A DNA stretch of 64,000 bases from an uncultured Candidatus Saccharibacteria bacterium (lineage in GTDB: Bacteria; Patescibacteriota; WWE3; 2-01-FULL-39-13), in contig OZ246395.1 of NCBI GenBank assembly GCA_965230915.1, positions 406,284 through 470,283 on the forward strand, given 5' to 3'. Shown here one piece after another: positions 29,107 to 39,008 of this stretch. Within the stretch, counting starts at the first letter, position 1, and each line of letters opens with the position of its first letter. A model generated the notes under the pieces. It was not told the DNA's origin. It ran no database searches and was given only the letters and a program-made list of their open reading frames with translations. Position numbers and translations under genes: made by a program.

Positions 29107-29514
29107 CTATAAAACAATTTTCCTTAATATCCAAGTTATTGTGCTAATAACCATCGCCGCGGAGATTATATTTAAATACCAAGAAGACAGTGCAATAGTT
29201 GGAAGGTTTATGCCAAAATAATTTATGGTCAAAATACCCGTTTCGGCTATATTTATTCCTCCAACCAAATAAGAAGTTAAAAAAAGCATGGCAGCGCTAA
29301 TAACTACACTAAAAAACCCCAATGTGATGAAATTTATTGGAAACGAAACCAATGTGACTACTGGTTTTATAAAGAAATTGACTAAAACCAGCACAACGGC
29401 AGCTATTACAACAGTCGCCACACTATTATCTATTTGAAAGGCTGTGACTATAAATGGAGTTAAAACGAGCGCTAATCCAGTTGCGACAATACTTCTTATG
29501 AAGTTCTTAACCAT
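29107..29514 (-). CDS. DUF360 (YvlD/phage-holin-4-2-like) membrane protein
   Basis: The pattern AAVVLVLVNFFIKPVVTLVSFPINFITLGFFSVVISAAML matches the DUF360 core. Confidence 0.65.
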   Translation of the reverse strand: MVKNFIRSIVATGLALVLTPFIVTAFQIDNSVATVVIAAVVLVLVNFFIKPVVTLVSFPINFITLGFFSVVISAAMLFLTSYLVGGINIAETGILTINYFGINLPTIALSSWYLNIISAAMVISTITWILRKIVL

Positions 29515-29517
29515 ATT

Positions 29518-30891
29518 TTAATTATACATATTTTTACGGTGTAATTTTCTATAGTAAGTTATTCCAAATCTATGAGCTTCATCTCGACCACGTTTTAATA
29601 TATTTAATGCGTCAGAGTTATCAGGTAACTTCACGATTTTAAAATCAGTTGGAGTCTTAATTACAATTTCTTCTTCCCTCTTTGCCAAGCCTATTATTGG
29701 AATATTTATGCCGTATTCTTCAAGAATTTCGATTGCTGAGGACAATTGGCCTTTTCCTCCATCTATAACTATTAGATTTGGGTCAATCCACTTATCTTCA
29801 GCATCGATATTTACCCGTTTTAATCGACGACGTAACATTTCCTGCATCATGTGAAAGTCATCAGGAGTATCTTTTGTCTGAATCTTAAATCGGCGATATT
29901 CTTTTTTATCCGGAGACCCACCGGTCATTACGACCATCGATCCTACTGCATTTGACCCCTGCATATTAGAAATATCAAAAATTTCGATTCTAAAACTTTC
30001 AATTTCATATGGATCAAACAAAAATCCCGCTTCTATTTCCAGTATGTCTAGTAAGGCCTGTAATCCCTTTTCAGCGCGGTCTTCTATCAAATTAGGAGCA
30101 TTTATATATTCTTTAACATCACGCCTCTGCTGGGTTAAATAGTTGTAGCTATTAATCTGATCCCTTAGATAAGCGGCTGTTTCAAAATCTTCCCGTTTTG
30201 AGGCATCCTTCATTTCCTTTTCTAATCTCTGAAATAGCCTTTTTTTATCTCCCTTTAAATATTCGCCAATCTTTTTTACATTTTCATTATTGGTTTCGCC
30301 AGCTTCAACATTTTGGCACGGAGCGGGACAAAGCCCAATGTGTCCATACAAACACGGTCTGCCGGCTTTTTTATAGCGATTAAATTTTTGAATTGTGCAG
30401 TCACGATATGGAAAAACTCTACGTAAACTTTTTATAATTAGATTTACTGATGACCCTTCAGGAAAAGGCCCGAAATATTGTGCTTTATCGTCACGTTTAG
30501 TTCGAGTTTGTGTAATAGTTAACAAAGATTTCTCTACTTCTGTTTTATCTTCTTGGTTAGGTAAAGATAATTTAGTGCCTTCAATTTTTATGTATTTATA
30601 GAATTTATCGTCTTTGAGATCGATGTTATATGGAGGTTTATATTTCTTGATTAAATCCGCTTCTAAAAGTAAGGCCTCAACTTCGTTTTCAACTTTAATA
30701 AATTCAAATTTTTCAATTTTCTCAACTAAAGCTTGAGTTTTTGGAGCCAAAGCATCAAATTTCTGGAAATAGCTTTTTACGCGGTTTTTAAGATTTATGG
30801 CTTTACCGACATAAATAACACGATTTTTGCTATTTCTAAAGATGTAGACGCCCGGAGTTTCTGGAATTTCGTACTGATTGATGTCTATCAT
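29518..30891 (-). CDS. uvrC: excinuclease ABC subunit C (short, 457 aa)
   Basis: It has a GIY-YIG N-terminus (PGVYIFRNSKNRVIYVGKA), a UvrBC-interacting region and an RNase H-like endonuclease domain. Confidence 0.9.
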   Translation of the reverse strand: MIDINQYEIPETPGVYIFRNSKNRVIYVGKAINLKNRVKSYFQKFDALAPKTQALVEKIEKFEFIKVENEVEALLLEADLIKKYKPPYNIDLKDDKFYKYIKIEGTKLSLPNQEDKTEVEKSLLTITQTRTKRDDKAQYFGPFPEGSSVNLIIKSLRRVFPYRDCTIQKFNRYKKAGRPCLYGHIGLCPAPCQNVEAGETNNENVKKIGEYLKGDKKRLFQRLEKEMKDASKREDFETAAYLRDQINSYNYLTQQRRDVKEYINAPNLIEDRAEKGLQALLDILEIEAGFLFDPYEIESFRIEIFDISNMQGSNAVGSMVVMTGGSPDKKEYRRFKIQTKDTPDDFHMMQEMLRRRLKRVNIDAEDKWIDPNLIVIDGGKGQLSSAIEILEEYGINIPIIGLAKREEEIVIKTPTDFKIVKLPDNSDALNILKRGRDEAHRFGITYYRKLHRKNMYN

Positions 30892-30933
30892 TAGGCATAT
30901 TATGCCACAGAATATTTCTTAAGACGCGATGTT

Positions 30934-30986
30934 AATAAAAGAAAAAACGCGCTGCAGACACTTTTTGTTGTGTCTACAACGCGTTT
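30934..30986 (-). terminator. rho-independent terminator after the alpha-CTD-like gene
   Basis: On the minus strand, the stem caaacgcg..gtagacac-loop-gtgtctgc..cgcgtttt is followed by TTTTTTCTTTTATT. Confidence 0.55.
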
Positions 30987-30997
30987 GTTTAAAACTT

Positions 30998-31366
30998 TTA
31001 CGCCTTCTTATTGGCGTATTCAGGCCCAGGCCCTTCTAGCCGCATTCTTGCTTGTAGTATCATTATTTCACGCAAGCCCGATTCACCAATAGCCCTCAGA
31101 GATAATATTCTCTCCGCTGTTAGCTCAAAAAGTTCACGAAGAGAAGATATTTTGTTCCTTCCGAGCGCAGTGGTCACTCTATTTGATAGTCCTCTTGATT
31201 GGCACCACTTTCTAAAAAAAATAGGTTCCAGATCGTCTGGAGGAAAATCCTTTGCAATGAATCCATGCTTCACTACATTTAATTCTGTCATTCGCCCAAA
31301 ATTTTCTAGCACATTGGGTTCATCGCCCTTTATTGTAGCGAAAGTAGCCTTTACCAGAATAAGCAT
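30998..31366 (-). CDS. small protein (122 aa) with a C-terminal RNA polymerase alpha-subunit CTD-like HhH domain
   Basis: LSNRVTTALGRNKISSLRELFELTAERILSLRAIGESGLREIMILQARMRLEG parallels the alpha-CTD pattern LSVRSxNCL...GdL...ELLkipNfGkKSLeEI. The region is slightly G+C-richer than its flanks. Confidence 0.5.
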   Translation of the reverse strand: MLILVKATFATIKGDEPNVLENFGRMTELNVVKHGFIAKDFPPDDLEPIFFRKWCQSRGLSNRVTTALGRNKISSLRELFELTAERILSLRAIGESGLREIMILQARMRLEGPGPEYANKKA

Positions 31367-31439
31367 GTCCGTATTCTCCTATTTAGTCCTGAATGGCTGA
31401 TTGGGATATTATACATTACCACGTGTGTAATGCTATGGG

Positions 31440-34370
31440 TTATTTCTTCTTTTCTAATGATTCCCTTAGTGCAATCGCTGTATATGAAGTCGGATGTTTA
31501 ATAACTTCTTCTAAAGTTCCTTTTGTAATGATTTCTCCGCCATATTTTCCGCCTTCCGGGCCAAGATCAATAATCCAGTCGGCATTTTTAATAACGTCGA
31601 GGTTGTGTTCGATAACTAAGACTGTGTTCCCTTTTAATACTAAGCGCTTAATAATTGCGATTAATCTTTCTAAATCAGCAAAATGCAAACCGGTTGTTGG
31701 TTCATCTAATATATAGAAAGTTTTACCTGTACCCTTTTTAGCCAATTCTGAGGCTAGTTTTATACGTTGGGCTTCTCCGCCAGATAATGTCGGAGCTGGT
31801 TGGCCAAGTCTCATGTAACTTAATCCAACATCATATAAAGTTGTTAAACGATGATAAATTTGTGGATGATTTGAGAAAAATCCCAATGCATCTTCGACGG
31901 TTAAGTCTAGAACCTCAGCAATATTTTTGCCCTTATATTCAACTTCTAAAGTTTCACGGTTATAGCGTTTTCCTGCACAAACTTCGCAGTCTACATAAAC
32001 ATCTGGCATAAATTGCATTTCGATTTTAATTTGACCTTCGCCTTGGCAAGCTTCGCAGCGACCTCCTTTTACATTAAACGAGAAACGTCCAGATTTATAA
32101 CCCCGCATTTTTGCTGCTGTTGTTTGGGTGAAAAGTTCGCGAATGTCGTCAAAAACTTTTGTATAAGTAGCAGCATTACTTCTTGGTGTTCTACCAATTG
32201 GTGTTTGATCTATGCTAATTATTTTATCGATTTCATCGGCACCTATAATTCCTTTATTTTCTGCAGGTTTTTCATCATTTTTTAGCCCTTTTGCTTGGCG
32301 TAATTCGGCTAACAAAGTTTCGTTAATTAAAGTAGATTTACCAGACCCTGAAACTCCAGTTATACATACAAATTTATGAAGTGGAAATTCAACGTCGATG
32401 TTTTTTAAATTATGTCCACTGGCGCCTAATAATTGAATTGATTGGGTGTCTTTACCTGGTCCCCTTTTTGCTAAACCTTCTTTTTCGTCGGCAGTCAAAT
32501 AATCCATGATATCAACTTTTTTTCGACCCGATAGATATGCTCCTGTTAACGAGTTAGGATCTTTCATAATTTCTTCAGGAGTTCCATGTGCAGTCACGTT
32601 TCCACCTTTGTGACCGGCTCCGGGACCAAAATCAAAAATGTAGTCTGATTCATACATTGTTGTGTCGTCGTGTTCGACTACAACGACTGTGTTTCCCAAG
32701 TCCCTTAACTCTTTTAAGGTTTTTATTAATTGTTTGTGGTCGCGTGGATGCAAACCAATTGAAGGTTCGTCTAAAACATACAAAACACCTGATAATTTTG
32801 AACCAATTTGTGAGGCCAAACGAATACGTTGGGCTTCTCCCCCTGCTAATGTTGATGAGGTTCGGCTAATTGTTAAATATGTAAGCCCAACATCGACTAA
32901 AAAGGCTAGGCGTGACTGAATTTCTTTAATAATTGGTGTCGCAATTTCTTGTTCGCGCTTTGATTCCGGCGCATCACTTAAAGTATTTATCCAGTCCAGA
33001 CATTCTTTTATTGCTAAATCAGAAGTTACAGCGATATTTTGATCTTTTATAGTCACTGCCAATGCTTTTTCATTTAAGCGCGTACCTTTACATTTTGGGC
33101 AAGGTTCCTTAACCATAAATCTTTCAATTTCTGTTCGAATATAATCTGAATTAGTTTCTGTATATCTTCTTTCTAGATTTTTTATAACGCCTTCAAATCT
33201 TGCGTCGAATACGCGCCCTTTGTACATTACTTTGAATTTTTGGTCGCCTACTCCATTAAAGAAGATCTTTAAATGTTCTTTTGGGAGTTTAGAAACGGCT
33301 TTATTTAGGTCAATTTTGTATTCTCGGGCGACGGCTTCGATAATTGTACGGTTCCATGAATTTTTCTCCATTAATGAAGCCCAGGGAATAATGCCACCTT
33401 CTAAAATGCTCAGCTCTGGGGCTAATAAAGCAGCTTCATCGACTTTTAATTGTGTTCCGAGACCTGTACAAACCTCGCAGGCTCCGTGTGGGGAGTTAAA
33501 TGAGAATGTTCTAGGTTCGATTTCAGGCAATGAAATATTATCTACAGGACAAGCAAATCGCTCACTATATAAATGGTCTTCCATTTTTTCTGGCATTTCA
33601 GGAAAGTCAAAAGAATTGTCTAAAACTTCAGCTGCGATTACATATCCGTTTCCAAGTCCGAGTGCGGTTTCAACTGATTGTGAGACTCTAGTAATGGTTT
33701 CTGGCTCTGGAGCTTTTTTTGGTTCAATAATGATTCTATCTATAACAGCTTCAATAGTATGTTTGTTTGTTTTTATTAAATTTATTTCGGTATCTAATCT
33801 GTAAATTCTTCCGTCTATTCTTGCTCTCGTAAAACCCTGCTTTTGTAGGTTTTTGAAAAGTTGAGAATATTCGCCTTTTCTATCTTTAACAATGGGAGCC
33901 AAAATCAAAAATCTCTTTTGCTTTTTAGAATCTGCACCTGTAGAAAGCATTAGATTTACTATTTGGTCTACTGATAAATGTGAAATTTCGCGTCCGCAAA
34001 TTGGACAATGTGGGTGCCCTATTCTTGCGTAAAGCAAACGTAGGTAATCGTAAATTTCGGTAACAGTTCCTACTGTAGATCGTGGATTATGAGAAACGGT
34101 TTTTTGGTCTATAGCAATAGCGGGAGATAACCCTTCTATAGATTCTACTTCAGGTTTTTTCATAACTCCCAAAAATTGGCGAGCATATGAAGATAGCGAT
34201 TCAACGTATCTTCTTTGTCCTTCTGCATAAATAGTGTCCATTGCAAGAGATGACTTTCCTGACCCGGAAACTCCCGTGAATATAACTAATTTATTTTTTG
34301 GAATATCGATGCTTACGTTCTGAAGATTGTGTTCTTTAGCGCCACGAACTTTGATAAATTGTTCTGCCAT
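31440..34370 (-). CDS. uvrA: excinuclease ABC subunit A
   Basis: It has two ABC ATPase modules (GVSGSGKSSL and GVSGSGKSTL) and zinc fingers. It is 976 aa. Confidence 0.95.
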   Translation of the reverse strand: MAEQFIKVRGAKEHNLQNVSIDIPKNKLVIFTGVSGSGKSSLAMDTIYAEGQRRYVESLSSYARQFLGVMKKPEVESIEGLSPAIAIDQKTVSHNPRSTVGTVTEIYDYLRLLYARIGHPHCPICGREISHLSVDQIVNLMLSTGADSKKQKRFLILAPIVKDRKGEYSQLFKNLQKQGFTRARIDGRIYRLDTEINLIKTNKHTIEAVIDRIIIEPKKAPEPETITRVSQSVETALGLGNGYVIAAEVLDNSFDFPEMPEKMEDHLYSERFACPVDNISLPEIEPRTFSFNSPHGACEVCTGLGTQLKVDEAALLAPELSILEGGIIPWASLMEKNSWNRTIIEAVAREYKIDLNKAVSKLPKEHLKIFFNGVGDQKFKVMYKGRVFDARFEGVIKNLERRYTETNSDYIRTEIERFMVKEPCPKCKGTRLNEKALAVTIKDQNIAVTSDLAIKECLDWINTLSDAPESKREQEIATPIIKEIQSRLAFLVDVGLTYLTISRTSSTLAGGEAQRIRLASQIGSKLSGVLYVLDEPSIGLHPRDHKQLIKTLKELRDLGNTVVVVEHDDTTMYESDYIFDFGPGAGHKGGNVTAHGTPEEIMKDPNSLTGAYLSGRKKVDIMDYLTADEKEGLAKRGPGKDTQSIQLLGASGHNLKNIDVEFPLHKFVCITGVSGSGKSTLINETLLAELRQAKGLKNDEKPAENKGIIGADEIDKIISIDQTPIGRTPRSNAATYTKVFDDIRELFTQTTAAKMRGYKSGRFSFNVKGGRCEACQGEGQIKIEMQFMPDVYVDCEVCAGKRYNRETLEVEYKGKNIAEVLDLTVEDALGFFSNHPQIYHRLTTLYDVGLSYMRLGQPAPTLSGGEAQRIKLASELAKKGTGKTFYILDEPTTGLHFADLERLIAIIKRLVLKGNTVLVIEHNLDVIKNADWIIDLGPEGGKYGGEIITKGTLEEVIKHPTSYTAIALRESLEKKK

Positions 34371-34598
34371 TTCTTTTAATTGAATTAATTTCTACGAAAC
34401 TTTTTGGAGAAGCTTCCGCAGGCTAAGAAAGTTAGTATTACAGATCCAAGGTTGTGCACTCTCCGAGTACCCCTCGTTCCATGTGCTCACTTTATTCGCA
34501 CGGAACTCGGTGCCGAGGATTATTAGCTTCGATAAAAAGGCTTCGTCAAAAATTAAATTTAACATAGAAAAGTGTTTGGGTAAAGTTCGGGATTATGC

Positions 34599-35441
34599 CT
34601 ACGGCATTGGTACCGGTTCGGTTTCTATGATTGGGTTACTTGGCTCTTCAGCTCCTGTTGGAACAGTCTGAGCTTCGCCCGCACTAGTCTGCAATTCATT
34701 GTCTATATTTGTGAAATCTATTGATCTTATATGCTCGTTCAAACTCATTGTTTCAGGCGTTGATGTCGCCTCCCTTTGCGTCATTTCCATTATATATGGG
34801 TCAATGTCAATTGGGCTTGTCTCTACTACTGGTTGCTCTTGTGGCTGTTCAACTACTGGTTCGGGTTGTTCAGGAGTTTCAGCCGGTTTCATCATTGTTA
34901 AGTAATAATATCCTCCACCTGCTAATACTAATAAGGCAATTCCGGCAATAATGGCTATCATCGCAAATTTATTTCTAGATGCTGGAGCGGTTACTTCATT
35001 ATATGCGTTTGTGCCTGTGGATGGTGGAGCTTGCATTGTTGAACCCGTCTGTGGGCCAGATGTTACTGATGAAAAAGAAAATTTTTTATGCTTATCTTGA
35101 TTTTCTTCAACTCCTCCTACTAATGTTTGATTGGCTAAATTACCAGCTGGTGTCGGATCTGGACTGCTGAATGGATTAGACGGAATACTAGCTGGCTCGG
35201 CCATTGGTTTTACAGGTGCTGTAGATATACTCTGAGCTGGCATTGGACTCGCAGGCATAGAAGTCATAGGGTCCGAAGAAACAGGCTCTGCCGGCATAGC
35301 GGGCTTTGCTTCCGGAAATCCTTGTACGGCTGGTTGTGCTGGAGGTGTTGGGGTTCCAGTTGGCACATTGTTTACGGGAATTGAGCCGAATCCTGATATG
35401 CCTGAATTATTTTGATTGTTAGGTGTCTGTGGAGTATCCAT
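34599..35441 (-). CDS. Pro/Thr/Ser-rich low-complexity membrane protein with a single TM helix
   Basis: It has a central TM helix (FAMIAIIAGIALLVLAGGG) with P-rich flanks. Confidence 0.45.
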   Translation of the reverse strand: MDTPQTPNNQNNSGISGFGSIPVNNVPTGTPTPPAQPAVQGFPEAKPAMPAEPVSSDPMTSMPASPMPAQSISTAPVKPMAEPASIPSNPFSSPDPTPAGNLANQTLVGGVEENQDKHKKFSFSSVTSGPQTGSTMQAPPSTGTNAYNEVTAPASRNKFAMIAIIAGIALLVLAGGGYYYLTMMKPAETPEQPEPVVEQPQEQPVVETSPIDIDPYIMEMTQREATSTPETMSLNEHIRSIDFTNIDNELQTSAGEAQTVPTGAEEPSNPIIETEPVPMP

Positions 35442-35442
35442 T

Positions 35443-36054
35443 TTATTGTAGTTGTGTAACTAATTTTGATAATGTCGCTTTTGTTGCTAGTAATTGAGCT
35501 GTTATGGCTGCAGATTTTGCTCTTAATAATGGTGCTGATGTTGCAAGTTCAGTATCCATTGATCCGCTAAATGCATCTACTGTTGCATCATAATCGTTTA
35601 TTAAAGTTGCAATTTTAACCATTTCTTGGGAGGCACTATTTAAGTCAGCTTCAGTAATTGCTGGTTGCATTCCGCTATTAACACCTGAACCTTGGTTTAC
35701 AATATCGATATTTTGTAAGTAATTTATATATGCTTCTAAAGTTTTATGGTGTCTCGCGGAAACCATAATGGCAGCTAATTTATAGCTTGATGCATTGGGC
35801 TGAACAGATGGATCAGATTGCATTTGTAAGCCAGCTGTATATTTTTCCCTTTGGCTTTGAAGTTTGGTTTGCTCATCTGTTTTTAACCCTGCTAATAATT
35901 GGGTTCTGTCTACCATAAGTGCTGGTTCTGGTGTGGTAGTAGTTGGGGGTGTTGTCTCAGGAGCGAATCCATCAAAATCTTGTGCAAATGCGACGGTAGA
36001 TAATGATAAGAAAACTGCTAACGAAGTTGTTACAATAAAAAGTGATTTGGACAT
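35443..36054 (-). CDS. secreted hypothetical protein with a signal peptide
   Basis: The N-terminus MSKSLFIVTTSLAVFLSLSTVAFAQD is a signal peptide. Confidence 0.45.
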   Translation of the reverse strand: MSKSLFIVTTSLAVFLSLSTVAFAQDFDGFAPETTPPTTTTPEPALMVDRTQLLAGLKTDEQTKLQSQREKYTAGLQMQSDPSVQPNASSYKLAAIMVSARHHKTLEAYINYLQNIDIVNQGSGVNSGMQPAITEADLNSASQEMVKIATLINDYDATVDAFSGSMDTELATSAPLLRAKSAAITAQLLATKATLSKLVTQLQ

Positions 36055-36103
36055 TACTAATTATTTTAGACGGTTAAGTTTAGTAATTCAACCCAACAAA
36101 ATT

Positions 36104-38149
36104 TTAGGCGCTTTTCAGTTCTTTAATCTTATCTCTTATTTGGGCAGCTGTTTCGAACTCCATTAATTCTGCGGCTGTGCGCATTTTATTTTCAAGGTCC
36201 TTAATTAATGTTCGTTGGTTTTTCTTGCTCATTGTCTTAAATTCATAATCAGCAACATTTTCTTCTTCTAAAAGTCCGAGTGTTTCTTCGACTTGTTTTT
36301 CCATTAAGCGCTCGCGAATTGGTTTAGAAATAGTTTTCGGAGTTATATTATTGTCTTTATTGTATTGTAGTTGTACTTCACGGCGACGTTTACCCTCGTC
36401 GATTGCCCGCTGCATCGAATCTGTTATTTTGTCGGCATACATCACAACTTCTCCATCGACATGACGAGCGGCTCTTCCCATTGTCTGAATTAATGAGGTG
36501 TCACTTCTTAAAAATCCTTCTTTATCGGCGTCTAAAATAGCGACTAACGAAACTTCGGGTAAGTCTAGACCTTCTCTTAATAGATTGATTCCGACTAAAA
36601 CATCGTAAGCTCCCTTTCGGAGGTCATCCAAAATGTCAGAACGCTCTAAGGTTTCGATATCGCTATGCAAATATGCAACTTTGAAGCCTTTTTCTTTGAG
36701 ATAGTCTGATAATTCTTCAGACATACGTTTTGTTAAAGTGGTTACTAAAGTTCTCTGTCCTGAAGCTACTTTTGCAGCAATCCGTTTTTCAAGATCCTGA
36801 ATTTGTCCTGCCGACGGAAGAATTGTAATTTCTGGGTCGACTAATCCGGTTGGTCGAACTAATAGTTCAACGACTTGTTTGCTACGTTGTAATTCCCAGT
36901 CATTTGGAGTTGCCGATGTATAAAGAGTTTGACCCATTCGGCGTTCAAATTCATCAAATTTTAAAGGACGGTTATCGAGCGCTGATGGCAACCTAAATCC
37001 GTAGTCTACTAAAGTAGTTTTACGTGCGCGGTCGCCGTTATACATTCCGCGAATTTGTGGAACTGTAATATGAGATTCATCAATCACCAGTAAATAATCT
37101 TTTGGAAAGAAGTCTAATAATGAATATGGAGGGTCACCGACTTTTCTACCGTCAAAATATCTTGAATAGTTTTCGATACCTTTGCAGTAGCCAATTTCTT
37201 GAATCATTTCAAGATCATAGTTGGTTCTTTGCCCTAATCTGTAAGCTTCTAATTTTTTACCTTCTTTATTCAATTTTTCTAGTTGAATTTGTAAGTCTTT
37301 TTGAATTTCATTAATTGCTTGTGTAAACATTTCTTTCGGAGCCACATAGTGTTTTGCCGGGTATAAAGTTGCTGAATTTGATTTTGGTTCGTACTGATTA
37401 TTCTTTTTGAAATCTTCTTGTGCTCGACTTAGCTTGTCCCCTTTTTGTTCGCCTTGTAAATAATCCCCCGACATCGGGTCAAAGTATCTTAGAGAAGAAA
37501 TTTTATCTCCTAAAAACTCAACACGTAGTCCAAAATCTTGGTAGGCAGGAAAAATGTCGATAGTGTCACCTTTTACTCTAAAAACTCCACGCTTAAAATC
37601 GAAGTCATTTCTTTCATAATAGAGCTGAGTTAGTCGAAGCATTAAGTCTTGTTGGCGATATTTCATACCTTCAACTAAATTAATAATTTGCTTCTGGTAT
37701 TCGACTGGAGATCCCAAAGAATATATACATGAAACCGAAGACACAACGATAACATCTTTTCTGGTCATTAATGAAGCCGTAGCTGATAAACGCATTTTGT
37801 CGATTTCTTCATTTATATCGGAATCCTTTTCTATATATGTATCGGTTGCAGGTAAATAACTTTCAGGTTGGAAATAATCGTAATAACTAACAAAATATTC
37901 AACTGCATTATCAGGAAAGAAATCTCTGAATTCCTGATATAGCTGAGCAGCCAAAGTTTTGTTATGAGAAATTATTAAAGTTGGTTTTTGAACTTCTTGA
38001 ATTACATTTGCAGTCACAAAGGTTTTCCCAGATCCGGTTACTCCTAAGAGCGTCTGTTCTTTGTTACCTTTATGTGCGCCTTCCACCAATTTTGCAATTG
38101 CATCTGGTTGGCCTCCGGCTGGCTTGTAATTTCCTTTTAGATTAAACAT
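36104..38149 (-). CDS. uvrB: excinuclease ABC subunit B
   Basis: It has a helicase fold (GVTGSGKT), a beta-hairpin and a C-terminal UVR domain. It is 681 aa. Confidence 0.95.
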   Translation of the reverse strand: MFNLKGNYKPAGGQPDAIAKLVEGAHKGNKEQTLLGVTGSGKTFVTANVIQEVQKPTLIISHNKTLAAQLYQEFRDFFPDNAVEYFVSYYDYFQPESYLPATDTYIEKDSDINEEIDKMRLSATASLMTRKDVIVVSSVSCIYSLGSPVEYQKQIINLVEGMKYRQQDLMLRLTQLYYERNDFDFKRGVFRVKGDTIDIFPAYQDFGLRVEFLGDKISSLRYFDPMSGDYLQGEQKGDKLSRAQEDFKKNNQYEPKSNSATLYPAKHYVAPKEMFTQAINEIQKDLQIQLEKLNKEGKKLEAYRLGQRTNYDLEMIQEIGYCKGIENYSRYFDGRKVGDPPYSLLDFFPKDYLLVIDESHITVPQIRGMYNGDRARKTTLVDYGFRLPSALDNRPLKFDEFERRMGQTLYTSATPNDWELQRSKQVVELLVRPTGLVDPEITILPSAGQIQDLEKRIAAKVASGQRTLVTTLTKRMSEELSDYLKEKGFKVAYLHSDIETLERSDILDDLRKGAYDVLVGINLLREGLDLPEVSLVAILDADKEGFLRSDTSLIQTMGRAARHVDGEVVMYADKITDSMQRAIDEGKRRREVQLQYNKDNNITPKTISKPIRERLMEKQVEETLGLLEEENVADYEFKTMSKKNQRTLIKDLENKMRTAAELMEFETAAQIRDKIKELKSA

Positions 38150-38153
38150 AAAA

Positions 38154-38624
38154 TTATGGTCGATTGACTAATTCACTTATCACGATACCACATGCTGTTG
38201 CTACGTTTAAAGATGAATGGGTCCCTATCCTAGGTATTTCAACGATTTCTGACGCGATTGACAAACCTTCTGGAGTTATTCCGTCGACTTCGTTTCCAAA
38301 AAGATAAATAGCATTTTTAGGTGGAGTCCAATCATATAGATTTTTAACGTTATCTTTATTGTTTTCGATAGCTACAATTGGAAGCTTGTATTTCTTTAAG
38401 TCCTCAACTTTTTCAGCGGTTTCAATTTCGACTTTTGGCATCGCTCCAAGTGAAGTCTTCTTTAACTTTCTATGAATCATATCTGGCTCATTTTTATCGA
38501 TTCCAGAATATCCAATAAGAATAACCTTTTTTATTCCAAAGAATTCGGCAGTACGGATGATCGCGCCGATATTGTATAAGCTTCTTATATTTTCTAGGGC
38601 AATATAAATTTCTGGTTTATTCAT
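38154..38624 (-). CDS. SpoU-class (TrmH/TrmL-like) RNA 2'-O-methyltransferase
   Basis: The SPOUT pattern is LYNIGAIIRTAEFFG...LFGNEVDGIT...SLNVATACGIVISE. Confidence 0.85.
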   Translation of the reverse strand: MNKPEIYIALENIRSLYNIGAIIRTAEFFGIKKVILIGYSGIDKNEPDMIHRKLKKTSLGAMPKVEIETAEKVEDLKKYKLPIVAIENNKDNVKNLYDWTPPKNAIYLFGNEVDGITPEGLSIASEIVEIPRIGTHSSLNVATACGIVISELVNRP

Positions 38625-38698
38625 TGTGAAAATGATGAAATCAGATAGAATTATAACGTATTTCGTAATGTGAAGGTGTTAGTGAAAGGATTCCGATT

Positions 38699-38974
38699 AT
38701 GTCTGATGTCATGATTGAAAGTCCACCTTTGGTGGGCTGGACAGTTGCGACTGTGGCTCAAGTCGAAGCACCATCCGAGCAGTCGGAGAAATTTGCACCC
38801 GTAAGGGAGCTTGAGTGCCCGGAATGCTTTGACGATGTGACGATTCCCGCGAAGACTCAGTCCAATGAAATCCTTCAATGCCAAGGATGTGGGACAGATC
38901 TCGAGATCCGAAAGATCGAAGGGGAATGGCGATTAGAGGTTGCTCCCGAAGAGGAGGAAGACTGGGGTGAATAG
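38699..38974 (+). CDS. LysW-like zinc-ribbon amino-group-carrier protein with an N-terminal extension of about 35 aa
   Basis: The C-terminal 55 aa read ECPECFDDVTIPAKTQSNEILQCQGCGTDLEIRKIEGEWRLEVAPEEEEDWGE. This is a C4 ribbon plus the EDWGE C-terminal tail characteristic of LysW/ArgW. The segment is clearly G+C-richer than its flanks. Confidence 0.6.
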   Translation: MSDVMIESPPLVGWTVATVAQVEAPSEQSEKFAPVRELECPECFDDVTIPAKTQSNEILQCQGCGTDLEIRKIEGEWRLEVAPEEEEDWGE

Positions 38975-39008
38975 CCTTAGTCAGTTGTCGTCCATGTGAT
39001 TGTTTGTA

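Noticed and set aside
31011-31716. Plus-strand ORFs 31011..31400 and 31393..31716
   Set aside because: They are antisense to the alpha-CTD-like gene and to uvrA, with no motifs.
34483-34671. Plus-strand 62-aa ORF in the uvrA leader
   Set aside because: No RBS and G+C-driven. It is more likely non-coding leader sequence.
38651-38884. Minus-strand ORF (77 aa) opposite the LysW-like gene
   Set aside because: It is a shadow ORF of a kind common in G+C-rich segments. The plus-strand frame has the clear zinc-ribbon/EDWGE signature.
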